NCBI RefSeq assembly: GCF_006345805.1
Contig: NC_043007.1
Coordinates: 17,236,001-17,300,000, forward strand
From: Octopus sinensis
Lineage: Eukaryota
Direction of reading: 5' to 3'
DNA length: 64,000 nucleotides
Shown: positions 48,670-61,149 of the stretch, piece after piece
Position numbering within the stretch: position 1 is the first letter of the stretch
How the letters are laid out: each line of letters opens with the position of its first letter
The notes under the pieces: generated by a model
Databases searched by the model: none
What the model was told of the DNA's origin: nothing
Seen by the model: the letters and a program-made list of their open reading frames with translations, nothing else
Translations under genes and position numbers: made by a program

Positions 48670-49472
48670 TTCTCAAAAGAAAATTTAAAAAAAAAGAAGC
48701 GGGGTTATGATTTGTGCAATTAATAATGAAATTTTTTTTTGTTTATCTGCGTCGCAAAGATAATGACTGGACGAGCATTAAAGTCACTACCAATGTTTCT
48801 GTTTGCGACCATCGTGTTCTGTCGCTCTCTTTATTTGTAGCACAAGGCAGGATGTCTGTGATGTATCAACTCACCTTTCTTCCTCGCCTTGTCCTCAGTC
48901 TAAAAAGCAAAACATATAGTTCCATTTGATCTTCGATCGATGGAAACCACAATATTTAGATGTCAGCCATACTTTCTTTCAACTGTTCGTCTGCATTTTT
49001 CATACGCAGAGACATTCCACTTTTTTCTCCTTGCCCTTTCTTCGACTAAATTGTCTGACAAAAAGGCAGAAGATTTCGTAATATATCTGTACCACATTGT
49101 CTTCTTTTTATTTTTTCCAAACAGTTGACTCATATTCAGAATTACTTTTTGGCAGACAACCTTGGCAAAATATTCGCTACTTTCGTTGTCATCATCATTG
49201 CTGGTTCTAGTTTGTGAAATTATCATTCTTTTCTGTTAGGTGCAAATATCTGTGTTCTCTTATTTTAGTGATGCCATTTATTTATTTTTATCAAGGCGGT
49301 GCTCCAGCATGGCTGCCGTCAAATAACTGAAACAAGTAAAAGAAAAAATAAATAAATAAAAGAGTAATTGTTTTGCTTTGTTTTTAATTCATGTTCGTAT
49401 TTAGAGAATCTTCGAAGACCTGGTCCACTTTCTTGGATGCATGTTCACCAAACGAAGAAGTCATTTCATATA

Positions 49473-49985
49473 CCGTAAATCCTTGAGTATAGTCCGCCCT
49501 TGAGTATAATACGTAGGGGATTTTTAGGGGGCTGTACCTCTGAAAAACCTAAACCTTGTGTATAATACGCACTCCTTCTCTAACTTGAGTCAAGGAGGTC
49601 TATATAACGTCCTTGGTGTGTAAAAATGCATACGGTAACGTCCTTTATTATTATTGTATATATAACATAATGCAAACGTGTAGCTTTTTTGTGCATTTTG
49701 TTTGCAGAAAATAAAAGAAATAACAGTGATAACGTTTAATAAATGTTGTTTACTGCAAGTTATGGATGATTCTTTTATGACTTCATTGCTTTCAGGCTTA
49801 GTTTAAGGTATTTTCGCGCCCGACATCACAAAATGCGTCTGAATAAACATTGCCGGACAGTAAATAGAGACTCGGACATTGCTTAGAAAATAATTTTCAT
49901 TTTTAACCTCGTATATAGTACGCACTAGGGATTTTGACCTTTAAATTTTGGGGGGGAAATGCGGATTATACTCGAGGATTTACGG
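49473..49985. mobile_element. Complete TcMar-type MITE
   Basis: TA|CCGTAAATCCTTGAGTATA ... TATACTCGAGGATTTACGG|TA. Confidence 0.88.
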
Positions 49986-50024
49986 TAAGTAAGCAAATAT
50001 TTAAAAAATAACGTATGAAGTATA

Positions 50025-51340
50025 TGACAGCCTTCTATGAGGACCTTTAAGGATGACTTAACAGTAACAACGACAAAAATCATGAGGGGCAGAAGAATCC
50101 TAAGAGCCTTGAGGAGTTGTTGACTGGGGCTCGCATGAGTTTCAAGCCAGTCAAGTCCAACTATTTTGTTGCTGAAGAAAAGTAAAGTTAGAAGCAGGTT
50201 CGTTTTCTCGATCAATAGCATTTAGATACCATTTATCAGCGAGAAACCTGTGTCGAGCCCGAGAAAGGTGTTTAACAGAATGCTGAGAAATACATGCTCC
50301 ATCCGGGAAACCAACAAAGAATTTGGAGGTTTAGCTAACCTCATTGGACAAGTCAACATGTTGGTAAATCCCTGGGAGGGTTTACCAACATAACACCCTC
50401 GCGCGGTTTCTTTGGCTGTTTGTAAATCAGGCCACAATATATTTCTTTATTACCCACAAGGGGATAAACACAGAGGGGACAAACGAGGACAGACAAACGG
50501 ATTAAGTCGATTACATCGATCACAGTATGTAACTGGTACTTAATTTATTGACCCCGAAAGGATGAAAGGCAAAGTCGACCTCGGCGGAATTTGAACTCAG
50601 AACATACCGGCAGACGAAATAGGGCTACGCATTTCTCTCGGCGTGCTAACGTTTCTGCCAGCTCGCCGCCTTAAATCAGGCCACAATATCCACTGTGGAG
50701 AGCATTGAGTGGAGAGTCAGCGGGTTACTGCAGAAATGGCTGGAACTTCCTCGGTGCCTGAGCAACATGGTACCGTATGGAAAGAATCAAAAGTTGTGGC
50801 TCCCTCTTAGCAACCTGAGAGAATTCATGGTAACCCGTGATGCTAGGATGTCACAACACTGAGGCATTTGGAAGGCCGGCGAGCTGGCGAAATGCTTTGT
50901 GGAATTTCGTCCGCCGCTGCATTCTGAGTTCAATTTCCGCCGAGGTCGACTTTGCCTTTCATCCTTTCGGGGTCGATTAAATAAGTACCAATTACGCACT
51001 GGGGTCGATGTAATCAACTTAATCCGTTTGTCTGTCCTTGTTTACCCTCTCTGTGTTTAGCCCCTTGTGGGTAATAAAGAAATAGATATTAAAGCCAAAA
51101 CAGAACGAAAATGGAGTGTCAAGGCTGCAGAATCACGGCTAAGAAGCAGAGCGCCCGTGAGCGTGGTACCTCTACGGAGCTGTTTGACATCACAGGAGCC
51201 AGTACAGGAAGGGTGCCAGACTGGTCGTGGGGGCAACAGAGGTTGCCTCAAGGTGATTGTGGAGCAGAAGGTGCGAACTCTGGAAGGGGCAATGCTACGA
51301 AGAGTAATGCTATCAGGGTACAATCCGGGAATCCATTAAC
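50025..51340 (+). pseudogene. Degenerate R2-superfamily (Hero-like) non-LTR retrotransposon RT region, split by two family B SINEs (50441-50671 minus, 50874-51085 plus)
   Basis: Fragments PSMRTFKDDLTVTTT, ARMSFKPVKS, ISTVESIEWRVSGLLQKWLELPRCLS and KTERKWSV..AESRLR; 18-bp TSD taaatcaggccacaatat around the first SINE. Confidence 0.7.
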
Positions 51341-51492
51341 CCTTACTGAATCACCTGGGTGAGGGTGTCTGATGTTGAAATACCCGAAACACCTAATGCT
51401 CCCCCCCCCACCGAGAAACACCATTGATTATATATATGTCCAGGTGCATTATAGGATGATGTATGAAAAAAGTATGCACGCACTCACACGTG

Positions 51493-51534
<42 letters not shown>

Positions 51535-51739
51535 ATGTATGTAATGTATGCGTGTGTGTGTGTGTAATTTGCGTTCTGTGCTTCTCTGCAGTCAGGAAAT
51601 TATTTCGAAAGGCAAAAAAGAAAGAAAAAAAAAAAGACCCATTCTCACGTGTACGAAACATCATGCAATTACAAACATTATGATATCGTAATAATTCTTT
51701 ATTTTGTGATTAATGAAAAAATCGATATCATGCATGCAC

Positions 51740-52127
51740 CAATCATTACCATCACCACCACCATCACTACTACCACCACCACCACCACCACCGCCGCCAC
51801 CACCACCACCACCACCACCGCCACCATCACCACTACCACCGCCAACACCACCTCCACCACCACCACCGCCACCACCACCACAACCACCGCCACCATCACC
51901 ATCACTACAACTACCGCCACCACCACCATCATCATCGTTATCACCACTGCTACCATCATCACCACCACAACCACCACCACCACCGTCGTCGTCGTCGTTG
52001 TCATCATCATTACCATCATCATCACCACTATTGCCACAACCATCAACACCACCACCACCACCGTCGTCGTCGTCATTGTCATCATCATACCATCATCATC
52101 ACCACTATTGCCACAACCATCAACACC

Positions 52128-52161
<34 letters not shown>

Positions 52162-52170
52162 TCACCACCG

Positions 52171-52205
<35 letters not shown>

Positions 52206-52235
52206 GTCGTCGTCGTCGTCATCATCATCATCATC
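51740..52235. repeat. Compound (CAC)n/(CAT)n/(CGT)n trinucleotide repeat
   Basis: Direct reading; produces the poly-T/P/H/D/V ORFs. Confidence 0.95.
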
Positions 52236-52689
52236 TAAAACATCATCCATTCACAATTAGTGTATGCCTCTGTGTGTGTGTGTGGATGTTATACTTCCAA
52301 AATATTAGTGGACGATGACTCATCGACCGGTTGGCTCTGTAGATGTGTGAATAGAAATCAGTTGTGCAACGCGGGATGCATGTGTTCGCATAAGTACGTA
52401 TGTATGTGCGCATGTGTGTATGTATGTATGTATGTATGTATTTATATATGTATGTATGTATGTGTGTGTGTATGTATGCATGCATGTATGTATGTACGTA
52501 CGTATGTATGTATGTATGTACAGATGTGTGTATGCACCTGTGTGTGTGTGTGTGTGTGTGTACGCGCGCGCAATATGACTTAATAAGATCAATAATTGAA
52601 ATCGCAACGAAGTCATATTCTCCGCTGTCCCCACCACCACCACCGCCACCACCACCTTACTACCTACTGGCCTCTTTCTGTCAGAGTTT

Positions 52690-53197
52690 AGAGCTGGAGG
52701 GGAAGGAAGTGGTAAAGTGTGTGAGAAAGGGGGAGAGAGAGTGAGAGTAAGAGGAGAGAAAGAAAGAGAATGAAACAATAAGAGCGGGGAGAGAGAAAGG
52801 GAAGAGGAAGGAATGAAGTGTGCGTAGAGGTATCGGTGAAAAAGATATAATAGAGGGGAGCAAGCGAGAAGGTCGAATAGTGTAAAAGAAGGTGTGGGGG
52901 GGAGTGTAGAGAGTATAAGGGGAAGTGATGTAGAGGGGGATGGAGGGATGGAGGGATAGATTGATAGATGGGAGAAAGAAGGGGAGGAGGAGAGAAGAGA
53001 AAGAGCGAGAAAGAGAGTGAAGGAAATTGTGTGTTTGAGGAAGTGAAATAATGAATGTGACTTTATGACAAGAGATATGGCCGAGCGTGAAGGAAGGAGT
53101 ATATTTGAATGAAGGGATACTCAGATGCACACATACACATACATACATACACATGCACACACACACGCATGCATGGATGCACACACACACACAGATT

Positions 53198-53252
<55 letters not shown>

Positions 53253-53613
53253 TGACTGGTTGATAGGGAGAGAGAGAGAGGGGGGAGATCAGCGAAATGC
53301 GAAATTGATAAACAGTGTTATAGTGATGTTGCGGGAGAAGAAAGTCGTAAGAACAGAGACAGAGAGGGAGGGGGAAGAGACAGAGAAAGAGGGGAAGAGA
53401 CAGAGAGAGAGGGGAAGAGACAGAGAGGGAAGGGGAGAGACAGAGAAAAAGGGGAAGAGACAGAGAGGTAGAAGGAAGAGACAGAGAGGGAGGAGAAGAG
53501 AGTAGAACAAGAGGAAAAGAAAGACAGGGAGAAGCAAACCGCATCGATGGAGAGATTAAAACGTGAACAGAGAAAAAGAGAGATGGAATAAATGAGAGAG
53601 TAAGGAATGAGAG

Positions 53614-53649
<36 letters not shown>

Positions 53650-54719
53650 GGAGTGAAAGTAAGGATGAAGAAGACTACTGCAAAGGGAGGAGAAAGATAG
53701 ACAGATAGATAAAAACAAAGAGAGAAAGAGATAGAGAGAGGGAGCGAGTGAGTAGGGTTTAAACCGTTGATGCGTCTGTAATCTTCATCTATTTTACTAA
53801 TAACAGCAACAAGAACAATTAAAACGCCGGCTTACATCGGTAGGTTGGTCTCTTCAACAGTTTGGAATCACCGGCAATCTCATTTTATCACCTTCTTCTT
53901 CTTCTACTTCTCTTTCTATATTCTTTCTCTTTCTTTCTTCCTTTCTTTCTTCTAATACACAAGCTTCTCTCTCTCTCTCTCTGTCATCTCTCTGACTTTC
54001 TATTTAATAACTTGCTCTCTTTACTGCTGCATTAAGCCCATCCCTCTCTCTTTTCCCGTTCCTCTTCCACTCGCTCATTTCTTTCTCTCTTTCTCCTCAT
54101 CTCCCCCTCTCTCTCTCTGCATGTTTCTCAATACATCACCCTCACTCCTTATTCATACTACCACGCTCACTCTCACCCTCTTTTCCTCTCCTGCCTTTTT
54201 CTTTCTCTCTTTCCACTCCCGCCACCACTCTTAACCCTCGTGTCATATCTCCCCCGTCGCCCTTTCTCCTTAACCCTCTCTTTCGCACCACCATCCCCAC
54301 TAATTCTTACACTCTCTCCCTCCCCTTCTTTCTCTCATCACCTCCTCCTCTCTCTATTATTAAGCTTCTTCCTTCTTCAGAGTAACAACCTGTGTTTTTG
54401 TTATTGTATTTCTTTCTCTAAAACTTTCTCTCCTTCCTCTCATAAACAAATTTACAGTCACACATTTCACCTGGTTTTTTTCTTTCTTTTTTTTGTTTTT
54501 TTGGCTTCTGATTGATTGATTATTGGATTATTTGTTTATTTATTTAATTAATTAATTATTTCTACACAAGTGGATTAAAATAAAAAAAAAGGGGGTGGGT
54601 GAGGGGAAAAAAATCAGAAAGGATTAAGGCGAGATGAACAGGAAGAGAGAAAGAGAAAGGAAAATGGACAAGCAGAGAGGAGTGTTAAAGAGAACAAGCG
54701 ATAAGGGAGAGAGAGAGAA

Positions 54720-54750
<31 letters not shown>

Positions 54751-54780
54751 AGAAAAGAGAGATAAGAATTAGCAAGAATA
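52690..54780. repeat. Alternating polypurine (GA-rich) and polypyrimidine (CT-rich) low-complexity blocks, including (GATA)n
   Basis: GA-rich about 52690-53745, CT-rich about 53890-54430, GA-rich about 54630-54770. Confidence 0.9.
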
Positions 54781-55172
54781 ACAAATGTGATTACAACTAC
54801 TAAAGGCTCCTTAGCGACCACATTGTACACACGTTAATGCAAGCAGACACATGTATAACATCATAAATCTACGCTCCGTTCATTTATTATACTAACAATA
54901 CACGGCAAATACAAACGCACATATCAACGCTATATACGTATATATACATACATACACGCGCACACACACATATATACATATACACACACATATATATATA
55001 TACATATATACACACATATACATGCGACGAGTCTAGTGCATGTGCGTGTGCGCGTTTGCTTATCATCTCTATGGTCGTTGTGCACGGTTTTAGTGGTTAC
55101 AGTTCGGCAGGGGAGGAGCGAGGAGTCGACAGAGCGTGATCTCTGGTTTTAGCAGTTTCCGTATTCAAAACC

Positions 55173-55379
55173 ATGGAGCCCGCAAGAATACGCTCCGACA
55201 CGGACAGTGGCAAAGAAGAAACGGCGATAGGAAGCCAAGTGCCTTCTGCTACAGCTGCACAACTGCAGCATCCACATCATGTCCAATCAACTGGAGACAA
55301 CAAGACGAAAAAGCCAACTGAAAACGACGGAATTATCAACGGGGCCGTTGCCATGCAACGTTGGCAGATTTTAGCCAAG
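55173..55379 (+). CDS. Probable first coding exon of a second gene; tentatively calmodulin-lysine N-methyltransferase (CAMKMT)-like
   Basis: aaaaccATGG start context, 69 open codons ending ...AVAMQRWQILAK, and a strong phase-0 donor AAG|GTAAGC at 55380. Unique, CpG-retaining sequence. RWxIL resembles the N-terminal RWKLLRQ motif of CAMKMT. No second exon could be identified in the window. Confidence 0.5.
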
Positions 55380-58300
55380 GTAAGCGTGCAACCATTCCGT
55401 ATATTTTTTCTCTCTTTTATTCATTTTGTCATTTGTTTTGTTGCAAAGACACGTCGCACAAGACGCATCCACTCGTAATTCCAACGATAATTCCAAGTCC
55501 AGCCAGTGGTTCCTTTCACTATATCTTCCCCCCTGCAATCGTTCTTCCATTCATTTTTGAATTGACGGGGTATTTACATTCTAACCGGTAAAGGACCCGC
55601 TCCAATATCAATAACCACAATATATATATCAGATCTTTTCTTCGCCTAACATACACGTTGTGTAATATTTCTTGTTGCAACTGTCAACATTTTGGCATGC
55701 TATATTAAACTAACTGCGGTTGGTTAACACTAGAACACCACTTTATATTTCGTGTTACACCTATACATTCAATCTCGCTCATTTTGTTTACATTTTTTCC
55801 CGGCAATAATAACCACTCTGTCATCGACCGACCAACCCTCACCACGATGACCTCCCTGCTGGTCACAGCTGTATTTACTGACTGACGACCTCAATGCATC
55901 TTTCAAAGAGCTCCGTACCATTCACCATCTACATCAATCTTTACATAAAATATCTGGATGGCATTGAGGACTCTGTGGAGTTTTTTCGAAAGCATATTCA
56001 AGAATTCAGTGGAAGCATCGATAGGCGATCAGTTATTCTTAAAATAACAACTGTAAAACAATTCAAAACTTCAAATTTACGTAATCTCATTTCACATTTG
56101 ACTATCAATATTTTTGCGCTATTCATGTTAAAAATCGATATTTCTGAGTTATTCCTAGGTCTTCATCTGGGACCGCCAGCTAGCAATTACTGCTATCTCC
56201 AGGTGTTTTACTTAACGGAATGGTTTCAAAAAAAAAAACAGTTAGGCATATTCACTTGGAAGAAATAAATCTTTTCTCTGCAGTACCATTCGAAAACGGC
56301 ACTTACAAAATATCTCATTATTATCGTACGTGGCTTATATACCATGCTGGACAGTGTAAGGTGAACAGAAGTGCCGGAATATTTCTGAAAGACAAACTTC
56401 GAAAACGGTCAGTTGAAAACTACTGCATCGCAAGTTGATTCTTACATTTTGAGCTTTCTTTGAGTAAAAGCTTATTTGAATGAAAAAGAAAAAAAAAAAA
56501 AAATCAAGAACTCAATATACAAATTTAGTGTATAATGCCACAACTTTAGGGATTGCTTCAACATAAATTTATTATTAATGGTAACATATTATAGTTTAAT
56601 AATTATTTTAATTTGGAGCATTTTGATAAATCATTGAGTTTGTGGCTTTTTTTATTATCATATTGGCATAATTTGGGTAGGTCTGCAATATAATATTCTT
56701 CCCGTATCTCAATTATGCCATCATATGCCATTTACAAGTCTCACAGAGCTTAATTATCACCTGACCACATCTTCATCTTTCTTTGGCTTTCTTCTATCAT
56801 TCTTATCTGCTTCTATGAGAGTTACGATTCGTTGCCAAATCACGATACCGTCTTTTAGGATATAAGGTATATAAATAAAGCATAAAGGTGTCATTCAGAC
56901 AAATAGTCAACCTAAATGGCAAAATATCAAAGAATTAGTTGTTTTTTTTTGGTTTTTTTTACTAGTTGGTCATTAAAAGAAGAGCGGTGTCCATGACCTT
57001 TATTTTTTCAAGGCCACCCAGGCTGATGGGAGCAAGAGAGGAAGCTATCCCAAAACCAGGGATCTGGCCTGAACGCTTGCAATAGAGTGAGCCCCACTTG
57101 GAGTTTGTAATCTTGCAAGCTGTTGGCATGAAAAAGCACCCTGTACATACTGTTCCCTCAATTTTCTAACACACTGCACCCCTATTTGATGATGATGCTT
57201 TAGGCAACCCTGTGATGGCTGAAACAAACTGAAGAACTACTATCTTAAGGAAATGAAAGACATATTTGATAATGTAGTCTTAGATACACTATGCCTGAAA
57301 GAAGGCTGGATTATCATGATTGGACAGTCTCTGAGCATCAGTCTGTTCAATCAGTACTGACCTGTTGATTAAACAATAACAAGACAGATTAACTAGTTGA
57401 CTACTAAAATAATAAAAGACTATTGTGAGAGGTATTAAATGACCACACAAAATAACATTTAAAAAAAAATTATTCTAACAATATACAAATGTCTAAATTT
57501 TCAAAAACCTTCTACCATATTCTTAGAAAACCAACAGTAAAACTTTGGGAAAGTGTCTTTAACTATAGCTCTGCACCTACCAAAACTTTGTAAGTGGATT
57601 TGGCAAGCCATATGTATGTAAGCATGCATGAGTGCACACGTGTATATACATATATGTATAGATATGTATGTATGCATGTGTGTATATACATGTATGTATA
57701 GATATATATGCATGTGTGTGTGTATATATATATATATATAGGGGGAGAATTCACAAAAAAACAAAAGACAAAGACAGGTGGTGTAGACAACAAACAGATG
57801 TATTAGTATAACACTTGGGAAGTGAAAAAGTCTTTAACATTTTGAGCCTATGCTCTTCCACAGAAAGGAACATAGAAAGAAACAAGGAGAGAAAATAAAG
57901 GTTGTGTAGTGGCTAGCGATCTATCATGACGAATGCCGGACAGAAGGGTCACACAGGAGAGCTAGGAAGGAAGGTAGATAATAAAGTAGTGGTGATCCCA
58001 AAACGAAATGCATGCATGTATATGTATGTACAAATATATGGGTGTGCCCTTGTTTTGACATCATGTGATATATGTAAATGCACATCACCATCATACATGT
58101 GGCATACTTTATTTTCAATCTTCCATGAAAACATCTCTGACCACAGGTGAATAATATTCTACTAGGAAACAGGTAAGGGTTCACAACAGGAAAGGTGTTT
58201 GGTTATAGAAAACCTGTCTAGCTCATGCCCAATAAACTCCATTCAACTCATACCAGCAAGAAAAAGTGGACCATAAAACAATGATGATGATATGACATTA

Positions 58301-58484
58301 ATTGTCAACGGACCCATCGCTACATACTGAGTTCAAATTCTGCCGAGGTCGACTTTGCCTTTCATCCTTTGAGGGTCGATAAATTAAGTACCATTGAAAC
58401 ACTGGGGTCAATGTAATGACTAGTCCCCTCCCACCAAATTTCAGGCCTTGTGTGTATAGTAGAAAGGATTATTTATCAATTCAC

Positions 58485-59975
58485 AATGGAGCCATACCCA
58501 ATGACTGGTGCAGCAGTACCATAGTCAACTGCTACAAGGTAGGGTGATGCTCTAGATAGAAATAACTACAGAGGTATCAACTGTTGGACCAGGTGATGAA
58601 GGTCTCAGAGAAGGTCATAACCAATCTCATTAGGGAGAGAATTTGTTTAGATGAAATGCAGTTCGGTTTTTACCAGGTAGAAGCACCACTGATGCTATAT
58701 TCCTGGTCCGACAACTGCAGGAGAAGTACCTAGCTAAAGATAAACCCCTCTACATAGCTTTTGTAGACTTGGAGAAAGCCTTTGACAGGGTTCCCCGTTC
58801 CCTTATCTGGTGGTCGATGCGGAAACTGGAGATTGAAGAATGGCTAATAAGGGCTGTACAGGCTCTATACAGAGAGGCTGTTAGCAAGGTTAGGATTGCA
58901 ACGAAATAGTGAAGAATTCCGAGTAGAAGTAGGTGTACACCAGGGCTCAGCCCTCAGTCCCCTTTATTCATCATAGTCCTTCAGGCAATAACAGAGGAAT
59001 TCAAAACGGGATGCCCCTGGGAGCTCCTCTATGCCGATGACCTAGCTCTCATAGCAGAATCACTACCGGAACTAGAAGAGAAATTTCGGGTGTGGAAGCA
59101 AGGGTTGGAATCAAAGGGCCTTAGAATAAATGTAGCAAAGACCAAAGTATTAGTAAGCAGCAAGAGGTACTCAACACACATCCCCTCGGGTAGATGGCCC
59201 TGCTCAACCTGTAGGAAGGTAGTAAGGTAGCTAGAAACTCCATAAGATGCACCCAATGTAAGTTATGGACACATAAGAGGTGCAGCAACATTAAAGGGAA
59301 ATTAACAGATAAGATAGCTTTCATGTGCGGCAGATGCACAGGGACAATAGACACAACAGACACTCAGAAAACAGATTCCATCACACTCCAGGGAGAGAAA
59401 CTAGAAGTAGTTGATAGTTTCCGCTACCTGGGAGACCAAGTTAGTAGCGGAGGTGATGCACAGAGAGTATCACCACTAGAATACGAATAGCCTGGGCAAA
59501 GTTCAGAAAGCTCCTACCCCTACTGGCAACAAAAGGCCTCTCCCTCAGAGCAAAGGTAGATTGTATGATGCATGTGTGCGAACTGCCATGCTTCACGGTA
59601 ATGAAACATGGGCTGTGACTGCAGAAGACATGCGTAGACTTGAAAGAAATGAAGCTAGCATGATCCGCTGGATGTGTAGTGTCAGTGTGCACACAAAACA
59701 GAGTGTAAGTATCCTGAGAGAAATGCTGGATATAAGAAGCATCAGATGTGGTGTGCAAGAGCGACGCTTGCGATGGTATGGTCATGTGCTGCGGATGGAT
59801 GAAGAGAGATGTGTGAAAGTGCCACTCCCAAACAGTTGAAGGTATCAGGAGGAGAGGTAGACCCAGGAAGACATGGGATGAGGTGGTCAAGCATGACCTC
59901 AGAGCATTGGGCCTCCTGAGGCAATGACGAAGGACCGAGATCTCTGGAGATATGCTGTGACTACAAAGACCCGGC
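58485..59975 (+). pseudogene. 5'-truncated RTE-clade LINE (reverse transcriptase with frameshifts)
   Basis: STTDAIFLVRQLQEKY...AFVDLEKAFDRVP, GVHQGSALSP, LLYADDLAL (YADD at 59030-59041) and a C-terminal RLRWYGHVLRM. Confidence 0.93.
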
Positions 59976-60021
59976 TGGCTTTCTTCTGCAGCAATTCCAC
60001 ATACCCCCTACCCATTCTAAG

Positions 60022-60102
60022 TAACCCCGGATCCCCAAAGTACCCCGGATCCCCAAAGTACCCCACGATCCCCAAGTACCCCCGATCCCCAAAGTACCCC
60101 GG
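60022..60102. repeat. About 18-bp C-rich minisatellite (ccccggatccccaaagta), 4-5 units
   Basis: Nine runs of 4-5 C. Confidence 0.9.
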
Positions 60103-60119
60103 ACCTCGTTGCCCCCGTG

Positions 60120-60372
60120 CCGCTGACACGTTAAAATGCTCGAACCGATCGTGACGATGCCGGACCCTCCGGCCCCTGTGCAGGTGGCACGTAAAAAGCA
60201 CCCAATCCACTCACGGAGTGGTTGGCGTTAGGAAGGGCATCCAGCCGTAGAAACTCTGCCAGATTCAGACTGGAGCCTGGAGCGGCCCCTGGCTTCCCAG
60301 ACCCGGTCAAACCGTCCAACCCGTGCTAGCGCAGAAAGCGGACGTTAAACGATGATGATGATGATGATGATG
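60120..60372 (+). mobile_element. SINE-like family C copy (CpG-rich variant)
   Basis: Core and (GAT)n tail. Confidence 0.85.
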
Positions 60373-60728
60373 GAGCTCTAATGGTAGGTCAGGAATATGT
60401 GCTACACTGTATCATGCTAAGCATGACTGTGTGATAAGAAGCTTGCTTTCCAACCACTTGGTTCTGGGTTCAGTCCCACTGCATGGCACCTTGCACAAGT
60501 GTCTTCTGCTATTGCCTTGGGCCAACCAAAGCTTGTGAGTGGATTTGGTAGATGAAAACCGAAAGAAGCCTGCTGTATATATGTGTGTAGGTGTGCAGGT
60601 GTGTGTGTATTTGTCCCACCACCACCACCACCACTTGAAAACTAGTGTCAATGTGTTTACATCCCTATAATTTTGAGGCTCACCATACTCAAGATTGCTC
60701 CAATCTGGCCATTCATCAATGTTTACAA

Positions 60729-61143
60729 TAGGTGTAGGAGTGGCTGTGTGGTAAGTAGCTTGCTTACGAACCACATGGTTCTGGGTTCAGTCGCACTGTG
60801 TGGCATCTTGGGCAAGTGTCTTCTACTATAGCCTTGGGCTGACCAAAGCCTTGTGAGTGAATTTGGTAGACGGAAACTGAAAGAAGCCCATTGTATATAT
60901 GTATATATATGTGTGTGTGTGTGTGTGTGTATGCTTGAGTGCCTGTATTTGTCACCCCACCACCACTTGACAGCTGATGCTGGTGTGTTTACGTTCCCGT
61001 AACTTAGCGGTTCAGCAAAAGAGACCGATAGAATAAGTACTAGGCTTACAAACAATAAGTCCTGGGGTCGATTTGCTCGACTAAAGGCGGTGCTCCAGCA
61101 TGGCCACAGTGAAATGACTGAAACCAGTAAAAGAGTAAAAGAG
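60729..61143 (+). mobile_element. SINE family A copy, full length
   Basis: Head through the aaagagtaaaagag tail. Confidence 0.9.
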
Positions 61144-61149
61144 CAATTC

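Noticed and set aside
48875-48899. 25-nt minus-strand stretch between a ttttAG acceptor and a GTGAGT donor, near two similar E(D/E)(K/R)AR(K/R)K peptides
   Set aside because: No partner exons or recognisable protein were found; compatible with chance.
51649-54515. ORFs of 150-345 aa (poly-T/P/H/D/V, or S/L- and R/E-rich)
   Set aside because: They are products of trinucleotide and GA/CT low-complexity tracts.
55894-56438. 124-aa and 72-aa ORFs as exon 2 of the second gene
   Set aside because: No recognisable motif and no convincing in-frame acceptor/donor pair.
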